A stretch of 64,000 bases of DNA, from the NCBI GenBank assembly GCA_028534125.1, contig CM052817.1, positions 99,326,001 to 99,390,000 on the forward strand. The letters run 5' to 3'. Both the position numbers and the translations under genes were made by a program. Of the stretch, positions 50,538 to 63,773 are shown piece by piece (within the stretch, counting starts at the first letter, position 1; each line of letters opens with the position of its first letter). The notes below the pieces were generated by a model. It saw only the letters and a list, made by a program, of their open reading frames with translations. It made no database searches and was not told the origin of the DNA. The DNA comes from Lama glama. Its lineage: Eukaryota.

Positions 50538-51799
50538 CTTTTAAAAAAAAAAAAAACACACACATACTGGGTATTTCAAAGACATCAAAGCTAATAAAAT
50601 ATTCATTCCCAATAGTTTTTCCACTTAATTACAAGAAACATAAAGGTCAGTCTCCTAAAGAGTTTTATGTCTCTAAAAAGACAAGCACTCAGTCTCACAT
50701 GCAATTGTATATACTACGCTCTAAATGTACAAAATAGGTTATGTTGAAACTGCAATGAAGAAGTTTGTTTTTGAGGAAAGTCAAAGGAATTTCAAAACAT
50801 GAGGCAATAAGTTAAATCTGTATTCCATAGTAACATGCATTTGCATTTTGTTTTAAAAGACTCTCTGAGAATGTTACTATGGTAACATAAGTAAAAAGAA
50901 AGAAATCTAAACTTTGTATGTGAATTTAGTATTTAAAAAACTTTTTTCTAGTGTTACCATTGTATAAGCAAACATAAAAACCTCAAAAAGTTTACCTCAA
51001 CACAGTATCATTCATGAAGAAGGGAAACATTATGCTGACTACCTCTGACGAGTCTCCTCTTCTTGAAAAAGTCCTTGGTCACACATGGCTCACATTATAG
51101 TCAATTTTCATGTCTCAAACATATAATTCCAAAGTAGAAAGTTTTTGAAACAAAACACCCATTGTTCTAAGATACTAATTTAGGTAATTGTTCACCTCAT
51201 ATTTTCTGCACTTTTCCCCCCACTAATCACTATATACAGCTAGTCCCTAGACCACCAAAGCATAGGACCACCATGACCTTGAACAGATCAATTAAAATAG
51301 GAAGAAAATTGTTTAAAATTTGTTCCATATGACAATTCCTAGACAAAGAACAGGTTAGAATTACAACAGAACCACAAAATTCATCCAGCTCTTTCACTGG
51401 AAGTATGAGACTTTCCCAAGGTCACTAATCAGTTATAAAAATCAAAGCAAGAATACAATACTAACACCCAGGACAGGACATGATACACCTACAGCACCAT
51501 GAAATAATTACCGGGAAACTATGGCCTAACTAGATTGGCCACAACCTTGCCAGCTTAAACAGATCATTTACCTTCTGTGTGTCCTCACAGCTTTCTAAAT
51601 CATACATAGCATATTCTCTGAGAATAAATCCAGTTTATTTTGAAAGGGATTAAAAAAAATAAGTAACGTACAGATACGAAACCTTGTCTTTGTGAGTCAC
51701 TCAATGCCCAGAGCCTTTCAGTACAATCAGAATGTATTTGTTTGACTTTCTAGAATCTATTTCCTGATTTCAAGCAACAGCCCTCCATGTTTATAAAGG

Positions 51800-52222
51800 G
51801 ACTGAACCTATCTTCACTCTCAGATCTTGTGTTACGGAGGTAAGAAGAGCCTCCATGCCTGGGTAATGTGAAGAATACCTGCCACACGGATGGACACATG
51901 ATGCAACCTGAGCCAATGAGCAGCAAAGAGACGAAAAGGGACTTTTACTGGAAATGTCTGATGCAGGCAAATGCTCTTTTACTGGATTTAAAGTTGTGAG
52001 GATGTGAGAGGAGAGTAGCTGCTTGCTCCTACAAAGGGAGAGAATATATGAAAAGAGCCAACACAGCAGTGGGAAATGGAGAGAAACAAATTGGGTCCAA
52101 GGGCCATATTCAGAACTTCTGCACTAAGTTCTACTGAAACTGCCAGCTTATATGAGCTGATTAAATTCCGTTTATGATATAAGCCGGTTTGAAGCAGGTG
52201 TTGTAATACTTATAACCAAACC
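51800..52222 (+). mobile_element. Old MaLR LTR remnant (MLT1J/K-like)
   Basis: GGACACATGATGCAACCTGAGCCAATGAG and 3' ...TAAGCCGGTTTGA...ACTTATAACCAAA. Confidence 0.5.
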
Positions 52223-52809
52223 AGCCACCATTTGTCAAAATTTGTATTTTGATCCCTTCCGTGTACTACTGACATGACGAATGAATGTTACCCTTCCAGT
52301 AATTTAGTCCTGATTATATAGGAAAATAACTACTGAAACTGTGTAATCTCATTATATTATTTATTAGAAGCAGATACTCCTTACTCCTACAAAAAATCTC
52401 CATCTCCAAAAAAAAAGTTGTCAATGATTCTCATTGTGATAACTGGCCTCAGCATTGATACCAGTTGCTAATATAGCATTTCTTCTTATTCTCAATGTCT
52501 TAAAAATCATTGAAATCATATCTCCTCCCCAAACAACTCAAACTAGCAAAAGCAGCATTCTTCTATAAAAGCATCAAGCTATTAACCTCTGACAACCACA
52601 ATTTAGAACAAACTACTAAAATTAAGGACAAACTATTAAAATTATCAACAAGATTAAAATAAAAGTTGCCACGATGAGATTTAGAAAAATTTTCAGAATA
52701 ACGTAATTGTATTGCGAAGAAAGGGTAGGAAGGGAGGAAGGGAGGAAGGAAGGAAGGAAATCCTGACTTGCCATATGTAGAATGTAATACATAGATGCAG
52801 ATGATATAC

Positions 52810-52978
52810 CTAGTCCTTTTGGGGTGATACCACTCCGATCCTGAGGATTCACTGCCCAGTAGTAGTACTTCAGTGTGTGCATGATGAGAAGCACTGTTCC
52901 AACTCTCCGAATGGCATTATATATGTTGACTGTGCCAATGAATTCCGTGGACAGGTAAGTATAGAGAGTCAACTGAAC
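52810..52978 (-). CDS. LRBA: LRBA coding exon (approx. exon 14), 169 nt
   Basis: CTAG|GTT acceptor, G|GTATAT donor; [56 protein letters not shown]. Confidence 0.96.
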
Positions 52979-54436
52979 CTAGAGAATCAAAATGAAGAGC
53001 TCAAATCAAAGGAGCAGACGAGCATTCTACCCGTTTCCACTGATACTCTCAGGCTGTTCTACTTGGATCGTACTTGTTCCAAAAAGTAAGATACTGACCT
53101 TGATAATAACATCTATGTAAACATATTCACAAGCACATATACTCCTTGTAAGATGAAACCAAGCAATTTCTTCTTTTACAGTAGCATTTTAAAGTAAAAA
53201 ACCCCAATTACATCAAATTTTTGCAGCACTACTCCATGGAAAAAAATTGATTCCTATTTAGCAATCAGCAATTATTCACAAGCATGGATAATTTCTTTAT
53301 AATAAACCTACTATTATGCTATGCATGGTTGTTTTAAAAAGCTAGAAATTGTCTTGTTTTATTAAAAAAATTAATAGCTGGAATAACTCAAAAGAAAGAA
53401 AAAAGAAGTGAGAGTAACTCAAAAGAAAAAAAGTAAGAATAGGTCAAAAGAAAGAAAATCATACAAAGACATATAAAGCCTACCTTAAAAAAATATTTAT
53501 TAGAAAAACAGGATTCTGTTATAAGTTTATTACTACAAAGATTGTAACCACAACATTGTAGTCTCTAAAATTCACAAACAACTACACTCCAGTACTCATA
53601 ATAGCACAAAATAAAGACCACTTTTGCTGTACTTCATATTAAAATCAGTAATTTTTCATTGCACTGCTAGTGCATGTACTTTTTAAACTAAACAATATTA
53701 AGTATTTCATTTTTAACCCTGAAAGATAAAAATGAGGTGCCTTCTTCCAGATGTCCTATAAACAATCAAGGCTAAAGGAGTTAGGGAGTCAATCAGGAAC
53801 CATACATGGAAAAAGCTGGTGGATTCTGAACCACATAAAACTGAGGCTTAGAAGACGAGTGTAGTTTAGGAAACCATAAAAATGTTATGATCCATAGACT
53901 TGCTGAAAGATAATGTTAGTTTGATGTAGCTACTGCTGTTCAAATGGATAAAATCAGTTTGCTACTGAAGACATGTAAGGCTTTCTATGGCATGGTTCAA
54001 ATTCTTCACCGTGCTAGTTCAGTCATTCAAACATATTTATATCTACCTATATGCGTAGCACTGTATAACTGGAAATAATAATGGTATAGACATTGCCCCT
54101 CAGTAGCTGAAAATCTAACTGAGAAGATAAAACATACACACAAGTTTAAGTGAAAAACCAAAGGTAATAAAGACACCTACTGAAATATAAGAAAGGTCAT
54201 GTGGCAATACGTAATTAGTTGCAAAATGACTGCCACAGAGCTACTAAATATTATGAATTCAGAGGTCAGAGAAATTAATTTGGGATAAGTTAAAATAGTA
54301 AAGAAAAGGTTCACTAATAGAGCAGGTATCGAGGCAGGCTTTGAAGATGCCCAGAAGAACAGGTTGACAGAACAAAAAAGGAAATTTCAAACAGGGAAAA
54401 TGGTAGGTGATACAAAAGGTTACCCTAGATCTAGAA

Positions 54437-54619
54437 CAACCATCCTCAATATTGACTGTGCAGTAAAACACCTAAAAAACATTTAAATACTGTTATCTGA
54501 GTCCTGTCCCAGACCAATTAAATCAGAATCTAGGGTGGAAAGAGTGGAATTCTGTTTTTGTTTCCCAAAAAGAACCTCTCCCAACTAATTATATAGACAT
54601 CCAACATTAAGAACTACCA
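54437..54619. mobile_element. hAT-Charlie MITE (MER5A-like)
   Basis: CCCAGACCAATTAAATCAGAATCT core; TCTAGAA / TCTAGGA flanks. Confidence 0.65.
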
Positions 54620-55265
54620 CTCTAGGATAACCTTTTGGTAACTCCCCAGCCATTGTGGATAAATAAGTTTTTCAGACTGGAAAGAAGAATTGGTATGAAG
54701 ACTGAATGCAGTAAACAGTGAGAAGTCATTACAAGTTTGGGGGCTAAGAAATGATCTGATGAGAGTGATATATTCAAAACGTACTGGAATTCTAGACAGA
54801 AAGTGATAAACTAAGATACAAAAAACTGGAGAAAGTCACTCTATTGAGAATGATACTATATTAAAGAAAATGAATAGGATTTAGCAACAAATTGAGGTGA
54901 GTAAGAATGGAGACAAGATTATTCACATTCTAATTATGAATAAACCTTCCTTCATTCACTCTTTATATAATCTGATAACCACACAAATTACATGTTAACA
55001 TCTGTCTTTCCCATTACACCTAAGTTTTATGAGGGCAGGAATTAGATCTGTCATGTTCACCACCGTATCCATAGTGCCCAGCAGAAAGTAGCAACTCAAC
55101 AAATGAAAGACTACTCCCTACAAGAAAACTCATCTCTCTTGTTAGATCATTAAAAAGCCTGTCTCTGAGCAGACCAAAGATAAATGGATACCACAAATGA
55201 CTGTGAGTATCCTTGTCCAAAGGCAGAGTTTGATTCATATATCCATACTCTTAACTTCAGTAACC

Positions 55266-55446
55266 AGAGGTGAATTTACCATGAAGTTAATGAAGCTTAA
55301 ACTATATACCTACCCATCTATACAGGTTCCTTCCATGACCCTAAAACGAATTTTGTATGCATTATTTTGTTTTCTTTTTCTTAAAAAGCCCCTTCCTCAC
55401 CCAAACTGTGTGACCTTCAGATCAAACAAACTTTGGATCTGCCCTT
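55266..55446. mobile_element. hAT MITE (MER53-like)
   Basis: AGAGGTGAATTTACCATGAAGTTAATGAAGCTTAA start, ...GGATCTGCCCT end. Confidence 0.65.
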
Positions 55447-56514
55447 TGTTATAACTACCCTCATAACAAAATTAGATAAACCCCCGTCATGGATACACAA
55501 AGCAGAAGGCTGAAACAAAAGTTAAGTTTAGTATTACCAAATCAATTGCAAATTCTAAAGAGGAAATTAAAGAAAATTATTAACAAGGAAAAGGTAAGAG
55601 ATAGAGTGTAATAATACTAGGAACTTAAGGAAATGATATAATGAAAAATTTTATAAAGAGGCTTTTTGACCACATCAAAAGAGGTCCAAAGTCTTACAAA
55701 TATGCTGCTTAGTAAGATAAAGAAGTGTTTAGTAAAAAGTTTAAAAAGTAACTTGAAACAATCCTTGAAAAGAAATAAGACTGAGGGTCACAGAAGAGAA
55801 AGAGGTCAAATTTGAACCTGGAGATAAAAAGCTACAACCTCCAGCTGCCTCCTTTGATTATTTCCAAATGGCAATCAGAGTCAGCAGCTGTTTTTCTCCT
55901 TAACATTTGAAAAGAGCAGCTGAAAATAAGAAACTATGACTCTAGAAAAGCAAAAAAAAGTCTGCAGACTTTTTTTATGACAACTAAAGTAAGTATGTGC
56001 TATTCCAACTTCAACAATGATAAACACTTTCAAGTGAACCAAAAGGGAGAGGGGGAGAGAGGAAATTAATGGGTTTGAAATAACACAACCTCTAATAAAA
56101 ACTGCAGATAAGACAGATACAATTATGCAATTTAATAAAAATTTGTTTCAAGTCCTGCTTAACACTGGTAATACTAAATTTTTAGGATAATTGAATACGA
56201 CACTACAACATATCAAAAGTCTTATTTTATATTCTTTATCACAAATTCACTTATGTTCACATAAACCAACTGGTTTGTTGTTATTACTAAATACATTACT
56301 GTGTAAAATATAATTGTATTTAATAATTTGAATTAACGTGAAACTTAAATGATCAAATGAGACCAGTATATCATGGAAGGCTTCAAGAAAGAGTGACATT
56401 TCAGCTGCTCCTGTAAGAATTAAACTCAGGAGTTCATCATGTTGCTGGAAGGGATATGCGTGTAAAGAAGTGGGAGACAGAGCATGGTGAGTTAGAGAAT
56501 GAAAAAACATAGCT

Positions 56515-56516
<2 letters not shown>

Positions 56517-56546
<30 letters not shown>

Positions 56547-56570
56547 CATACATATAGATATATGTATGTA
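56517..56570. repeat. (TG)n(TA)n microsatellite
   Basis: Direct reading. Confidence 0.9.
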
Positions 56571-56938
56571 CATCTGCAATAGAACAAAGCAACAGTTGAT
56601 AGGAATCATAGTTACATTTGAACTATTCAACTTTGATTTATATTTAACAAATCAAAGTCTCTTTCAAATAAAATCTGATTTGATTTAACAACAGAAAAGT
56701 AGAGCCATAGCTCTGTTTTTTAAAAATACTGATATTACTCTACAAGGGAAAGAAAGAAGGGAGGGAGGGAAGGAGGGAAATATCGACTTGCAAAAGTACA
56801 CTTAGTCAAAAATGCAATCCACTTAAATCTTACAATAACAGCATGTAAAAGAATAAAAGAAAATCCTCATAATTATCACTCTTCTCAAGTTCAAAAATTT
56901 AGTGAAGACAGTAAAAACAAAATCAAGATATGTATTAC

Positions 56939-57091
56939 CTTGGCGGGGGTATGAATCCAAATAGCTGGGTTAAGAAGAATGTGATCACACAACTGCTTGA
57001 GTAGGGGCATCCCATTGTGCAGATTACTCAGATATTTCGAAAATGCAAGGCAAAGTTCAAGTACTGCTCTGCTGACATGGGACTTGGAAGA
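56939..57091 (-). CDS. LRBA: LRBA coding exon (approx. exon 13), 153 nt
   Basis: TCAG|TCT acceptor, AAG|GTAATA donor; SSKSHVSRAVLELCLAFSKYLSNLHNGMPLLKQLCDHILLNPAIWIHTPAK. Confidence 0.96.
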
Positions 57092-57397
57092 CTGAGAAAA
57101 TATTTCAAAGGTCATTATCAACACAAGGCAAAGTAAGTAAATTAAAGGCTGTCGATACCAGAAAAAAAAACTGTTCCACAAACTATGGTCAAAGTTAAAG
57201 ATGCCTTAAGATTCAATACCACACTTCTCTAATAAAGCAGTGGGGGCAAGGTAAAGTAACTAAAGGTTATCGTAATCTAGGTAATTTTCCATAACCAAGG
57301 AGACACACTTGCAGACAGAATTTCTCAGCTATTTAAGAGACCAAGTTTCATGGCCTGTAAATCAAGAATAAAAAATGTAAAGCATTTCATACTTTAC

Positions 57398-57506
57398 CTT
57401 TTCAAGACTGTATCCTATTACCAAGAAGCCCTTGCAGGCAAGCATCTGCTCTTGCATAGCAATTGAGTTCTTCAACAACTCCATGATAAAAGCCAGCAAA
57501 GTTGAA
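57398..57506 (-). CDS. LRBA: LRBA coding exon (approx. exon 12), 109 nt
   Basis: CCAG|T acceptor, AAG|GTAAAG donor; (C)STLLAFIMELLKNSIAMQEQMLACKGFLVIGYSLEK. Confidence 0.96.
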
Positions 57507-58130
57507 CTGGAATAAGAAAAAATATAATGGTTGGAAAAAAAAAAAAACCTCTAAAAAAAAAAAAGGTTAAGTAGATGCAGTCCTTCATTTATCTTAATAG
57601 AAAGAGTCCATTTCAAGGAAATTGAAGCTCTACTAAAACTGCCTCCAACATTATTTTAGGACTCAAATTCTAATGTAAGATTAGGATTTATTACTGAAAT
57701 ATTTATTTCATATACTTTATCACAAATACAGTAATAAGTGAATTACTTAGAAACAACATGACAAACAATAAACATGCAAAAAATAGAGAAAAATTAGCAA
57801 TGTCTATAAACAAGTAATAAAATATTAATAAAAGTATATCATAGCCTTTCAGAATGGAAGTAACTTGGATGAGCAAGTAAATTCAAGTTTGGAGGGTTAG
57901 AGGACAAACAGAATGAAAAGATGCAGAGCAAACAGACTAGTGTAGAAATTCTCAAAATGTGTTAGGGCTCCAGACTGGACTAATTTGAATGGAGCAGAGG
58001 TTTCATAAAGGGAAAGATGAGAAAGTAAAGTTGTAGACAAACTGAAGCCTTCAGACACTAATTTAAGAATTTTGCTCATTATCCCAACAGAAAAAATTAT
58101 AGTCAATATAGAAGACTTTAGAACTGAATA

Positions 58131-58280
58131 GGGGGAAGGGTATAGCTCAAGTGGTACAAGCACATGCTTAACATGCACAAGGTCCTGGGTTCAATTCCCA
58201 GTACTTCCTCTAAAATTAAATAAATAAACCTAATTACCTCCCCACTTCAAAATAAATAAATGAATAAAAATTTTTGAAAC
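58131..58280 (+). mobile_element. tRNA-derived SINE (Vic-1-like)
   Basis: GGGGAAGGGTATAGCTCAAGTGGTA...GGGTTCAATTCCCAGTAC...CCTAATTACCTCCCC; perfect TSD AACTGAATAGG (58122-58132 / 58281-58291). Confidence 0.9.
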
Positions 58281-59312
58281 AACTGAATAGGAGTGATAGC
58301 CATTCTTCCATCAGCACAACTTTTACTCAAAATAGAATGGAATAAGGTGAGCTGTTAGCGTCCTTCTCAAAGAGAGACTCCCACAAAGAAAGGGAGAGCA
58401 GCCAACTTCCTCCGCAAAAGTGCTTTCAACCGTCAGCAATTTCAATGAAGATGTTAAAAAGTTTAAAAAAAAAAAAGAATAACTAAGGAAAAAAAATAAC
58501 TGAGCCCTGTTACAATGGTTTTAGATCAGGATAAAAAAAATTTTATGAAGTAGTAATATGTCAAGAATAATTTTAATTTTTTAAAATGCAGTCAATACTA
58601 GTTTCGATACACAATTCTTTTTCAAAAATCATTTTTTTGCCTAAAAATAACCTGAAAAAAATTATATCCTTAAATACATACATTGTATATGTCAAGTTAT
58701 GCATAAAATTAGAAATTAAAAAGAATTTCAAAAAGGAAGAACAAAAAACATTAAAATTGCTCAAGTAATAAATGAAATATAATTACTATAGTTTCACTAG
58801 TATACACAGCTGTGAAAAATTTCAACATTCTCTTAAACATTTTATAACTTGCCCTGGAATTTATATGTCTCTCTTCTTTACACTCAACAGCAGACACAAA
58901 GGTGCTGAATGTACACTTTAAAAAAACACTAAATCACTCATAACTGCTCAAAAATTTTAGATTTTAATTAGTTGCTTGCAATCAATAACCATCAAAAGCT
59001 AAATTATTGTAATAAATCACTGCCAAATAACAATTCAAAATATTTTAAAAATACATTGTAGACAACTGAATTCATTTCTGATAAATTCATTATCACTATT
59101 CCCAACTTTATTCAAAAACTTTATTATGTTTTTAAAGCTTCCTACTGATAAAGAATTTAATTCTATTATTATTGAATTTTAATAATTATAATTCACAAAT
59201 TTCTTTATATTCTCTTTTAACCTTATAACAAATTTAATACACTGAATAAATACTGTGCAGCTCGATGAAAATAATTCTCACATCAAATTAAAGAAAAAAC
59301 AGAATCACTCAC

Positions 59313-59446
59313 CATATAGTCAAGTCAACCTCCTCAGATAAATATTGCCTATAATCCAACTGTGCAAAAAGTGGAAACAGCACTTGTACTCCTCCAATTG
59401 AATGCATGGCACTCTGGATGGAATGTGTTAAAACTGCCTTCACATC
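59313..59446 (-). CDS. LRBA: LRBA coding exon (approx. exon 11), 134 nt
   Basis: TAAG|GAT acceptor, TG|GTGAG donor; [44 protein letters not shown]. Confidence 0.96.
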
Positions 59447-59616
59447 CTTATAAAATAGAAGACATGGTGAAGCATTCAATGATTCTTTTTCAAAACAATT
59501 AAAACATAACAGGAACAATAAATGTTACATTGACTGTATTTACTAATAGAAGCTACCACATACACCTCAATAATACATCAAAATTCACCATTAAAGACAT
59601 TCTTAAAAGTTAGTAC

Positions 59617-59814
59617 CTGGAGCATGAGTGCATGCGGTGAATGAACAAAAATTGAAGGATTGTCCTTAGGGGATGATTCAAGGCAGAGCTGGGCATCTGT
59701 AGCACGTGGATTGTATGTGAATGCAATGGCACTAGAGAGTTTGCCATCATACAATAAAAGTTTGTGATGCTCAGCAAGGAACAGGTCACTTTCTGCTTTG
59801 AATTTAAATGTACC
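59617..59814 (-). CDS. LRBA: LRBA coding exon (approx. human exon 10), 198 nt, phase 0-0
   Basis: TTAG|GGT acceptor, CAG|GTACTA donor; [66 protein letters not shown]. Confidence 0.96.
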
Positions 59815-60094
59815 CTAAGAATTAATAAAAAGTGGAACAGTTAAGATTGTATGCCACAAAAAGAAAAGCTAAATGCAAATCACCACATATATAAAAATTT
59901 AGGGACACATAACATTGATCAGTCTTCTAACAATAGCAGTTAAGAGGAGCCCTGCATGCTTGATTACTTCTAAAATAGACTGAACTCATTTTAAAGATAT
60001 AAGGGAAATCAAGTCAACCTAACATTAAAATCTTACATTAGAAAAAAATGTAGAACTTAATGTACCATATAAAGCATATTTGTCTTTTTCATTC

Positions 60095-63000
60095 CTTTAA
60101 TTGTGATAAAAAGCACATAAAATTTACCATCTTAAACATTTTTAAGTGTACAGTGGTGTTAACTACAGCACATTGTTGTATAACAAATCTCTAGAACTTT
60201 TACATCTTGCAAAATGGAAATTCTATACCCACTGAATAACATCTCAGCATTCTCCCATCCTCTGGCAACCATTATTCTATTTCCTGATTCTATGAATTTG
60301 ACTACTTTATATAACTCATGTAAGGGGAATCACAGAAAATATGTATTTTTGTGACTGGCATAACATCCTTAAAATTCACCCATGTTGTAGCATGTGTCAG
60401 GATTTCCCTCTTTTTTAAAGCTGAATAATATTCCATTGTAAATATGTACCACATTGTCTTTATTCACTCATCCAAACAATTAGGCTGCTTTAACCTCTTA
60501 GCTATTGTGAATGCTGCTGCAGTGAACATGAGTGTACATACAGCTCTTTCAGATGCTGCTTTCAAGTCTTTTATATATATATGTAGAAGTAAGATTACTC
60601 AATCATGTAGTAATTCTATTTTTAATTTCTTGAAGAATCACTATATTGTTTTCTGTAGGAGCTGCTCCATTTTAAATTCCCACCAACAGTGCATAAAGGT
60701 ACTAGTTTCTCCACACTCTGGCCAACACTTCATATTTTCTGTGATTTTGTCTAACAATGGCCATCCTAATGGGTGTGAGGTAATTATCTACTGTGAGTCC
60801 AATTTACATTTCTCTGATGACTAATGATGTTTAGCATCTTTTCATATGCTTGTTGGCTGGCCACTTATATATCTTTGGGAAAATGTCTATTCAATCCTTT
60901 GCCCACTTTTTAAATGAGTTTTTTTTTTTTTGATGGTGTTGAGTTGTTGGGGTTCATCATATATTCTGGATATTAACCCTTTATCAGATAAATGGTTTGA
61001 AATATTTTCCCCCATTTCACGGGTTTCCTTTTCACACTATTCCGTGATGCACAGAAGTTTTGATGCACAAAAGATTTTAAGTTTGATGAAGTTCCATTTG
61101 TCTATTTGTGCCTTTGTTGCCTATTTTTGGGGGGTGTCATACCTAAGAAATCAGTGCCAAACTCAATGTCATAAAGCTTCTTTTCTGTTTTCATGTAGGA
61201 GTTTAGGTCTTATGTTTAAGTATTTAATCCATTTTGAGCTAATTTTAATACATGGCATAAGGTAAGGATCCAACTTCATTCTTTCCCATGTGGGTATCCA
61301 CTTTTTAAAACATGATGTGTTGAAGAGATTAATCTTTCCCCACTGCATGGTTTTGTATCCTTGTAGATCATTTCACCATAAATTAAAGGTTCATTTCTGG
61401 ACTCCACTCTGTTCCATTATACTATGCATCTACCTTTATGCAAGCACCATAATGTTTTCATTGCTGTAGCTTTGTAATATGTCTTGAAATACTCAAGTGT
61501 GAGACTGCTAACATTGTTAATTTTTTTCAAAATTGTTCTGGCTATTTGAGAACCCTTGAGATCCATGAGAATCTTAGGACAGTTTTCCTATTTCTGCAAA
61601 AAAAGGTCATTGGGATATTGATAGAAATTGTATTGAATCTACACAGAACTTTGAGTAATATGCATTTTTAACAGTATTAAGTCTTTCAATCTGTAAACGT
61701 ATCTTTCCATTTCTTTGTGTCTTCCTTAAGTTTTTCAGCAATGTTTTGTACTTTTTAGTGTACAAGTCTTATGCCTTTTTTGTTAAGGTATTCCTAAGTA
61801 TTCCTCTTTTGCTATTATAAATAGGATTATTGTCTTATTTTCTTTACAGATTTTTCATTGTTAGTGTATAAAAATGCAACTTTTTGTTGTTGTGGATCTG
61901 TATCCTGTAACTTTGCTAAATTTGTTTACTAACAGTTTTTTGTGAAATATTTAGGGTTTTCTACATATATTATGTCATCTGTGAACAGAGATAATTTGAC
62001 TATCCTTTCTAATGTGGATGCCTTTTATTCCTCTTTCTTGACTAACTGCTCTGGCCAGGACAGCCAGTGTTATGTTGTATAGAAGTGGTGAGAGTGGGCA
62101 TTCTTGCCTTGTTCCTGATTTTGCAGAAAAAAAAAGATTTTAGTCTTTCACTGTTGCATATGATGTTAGGCTATGGGCTTTTCATACATGGCCTTGTAAT
62201 TTTAAGGCAGTTCCTTTTTACATGTAATTTGTTGAGTGCTTTTATTATGAAAGGGTGTTGAATTTTATCAAATGCTTTCTCTGCATCTACTGAGATGATC
62301 ATATAGTTTTTGTCCTCCACTCTGTTAATGTGATGTATCACATTGATTTATCTTCCTATCTTGAACCAGCCTTACATTCCAGAAATAAATCCCAGTTGTT
62401 CATAGAGTATAATCCTTTTAATGTGCTCTTGAATTTGGTTTGCTACTACACTGTTGAGGATTTCTGTATTAATATTAATCAGGGGTATTTATCTATAGCT
62501 TTCTTTTCTTGAAGCATCTTCATTTGGCTCTGTTTTCACAGCAATGCTGGCCTCATAAAATGAGTTTGGAAGTGTTCCCTCCTCTTTATTTTTTGAACGA
62601 GTTGAGGAGGATTGGTGTTAACTCTTTAACGTTTGACAGAGTTCTCCAGTGAAGCCATCTAGTCTTGGGCTTTTCATTATTCAGAGGTTTTGATTACTGT
62701 TACAATTTCCTTACTAGCTATAGTCTATCTAGATTTTTCTGTCTTCAGTAGTGGTGGCTTGTATGTTTCTAGGAATATCTACTTCTTCTAGGTTATGCAA
62801 TTTGCTGGCATGTAACTGTTCACAGTAGTCTCTTACAATTCTTTTTATATTCATGGCATTCATTATATTCAAGAGTAATGCCTACTCTTATATTTCTACT
62901 TTTAATTACTTAAGTCCTCTCTTTTTTTCTTAATTACCCTAAGAATTTGTCTGTTTCATTGTTCCTCTAAAAAAAAACTCAGTTTTGCTGATTTTTTCTT

Positions 63001-63705
63001 GTCTTTTTTTAATATCTAATTCACTTATTTCTGCTGTAACCTTTTATCACTTCCATTCCTCTGCTAACTGTGGATTTAGTTTACTCTTCTTTTTCTAGTT
63101 CCTTGAGGCGTAGACTTAATTTATTGATTTTTAGATCCTTCTTTTTTCTATAGTAGGCATTTATCACTATGAACTTTCCTCTTAGTACTGCTTTCTCTGA
63201 ATCCCGTAAGTTCTGGTATGTCGTTTTAGAGTTCATTTGTCTCAAGATATTTTCTAATTTCCCTTGTGAATTCTTCTTTGATCCAATAGTTTTTTAAGAA
63301 TATGTTGTTTAATTTCCATATAGTTGTGTATTTTCCAGTTTCCTTTTGTTACTGATTTCATTCCATTGTTGTGAGGGAAAAAATACCTGGTATGAGTTCA
63401 GTATTATTAAATTTGTTAAGACTTGTTATGTGGTAATATGTGGTCTATCCTAAAGAAGGTTCCATGTGAGCTTGAGAAGAATGTGTACTCTATTGTTGCT
63501 GGGTGAGATGTTCTTATACGTCTGTTAGGTGCAATGGATCTATATTGTTGTTTAAGATCTCTGCTTACTGATCTTCTGTCTGGTTGTTCTGTCCACTATT
63601 GAAAGTAGCATATTGAAGTATGCTACTATTATTGTGTTTCTGCATAATTTTTCCTTCAATTCTGTCAATATCTACTTAATATATCTGGGAGCTCTGATGT
63701 TAGGG

Positions 63706-63773
<68 letters not shown>

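Larger units (their letters stand above)
2610..59814 (-). other. LRBA: LRBA gene body (partial; 20 internal coding exons; gene extends beyond both window ends)
   Basis: Spliced minus-strand exons translate without stops from [18 protein letters not shown] to ESGNLSLP and match the recalled human LRBA sequence (including the LRBA-type long acidic exon). All 19 introns are GT-AG and phases are compatible. Confidence 0.97.

Noticed and set aside
53384..53459. Three imperfect TCAAAAGAAA repeats
   Set aside because: Short A-rich low-complexity sequence; no evidence of function.
23106..58280. tRNA-like sequences with A and B boxes (five copies)
   Set aside because: They have A-rich tails, TSDs and divergence typical of SINEs, not intact tRNA genes.
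60444..62512. Several + strand ORFs of 60-126 aa
   Set aside because: Antisense frames of a degraded L1.
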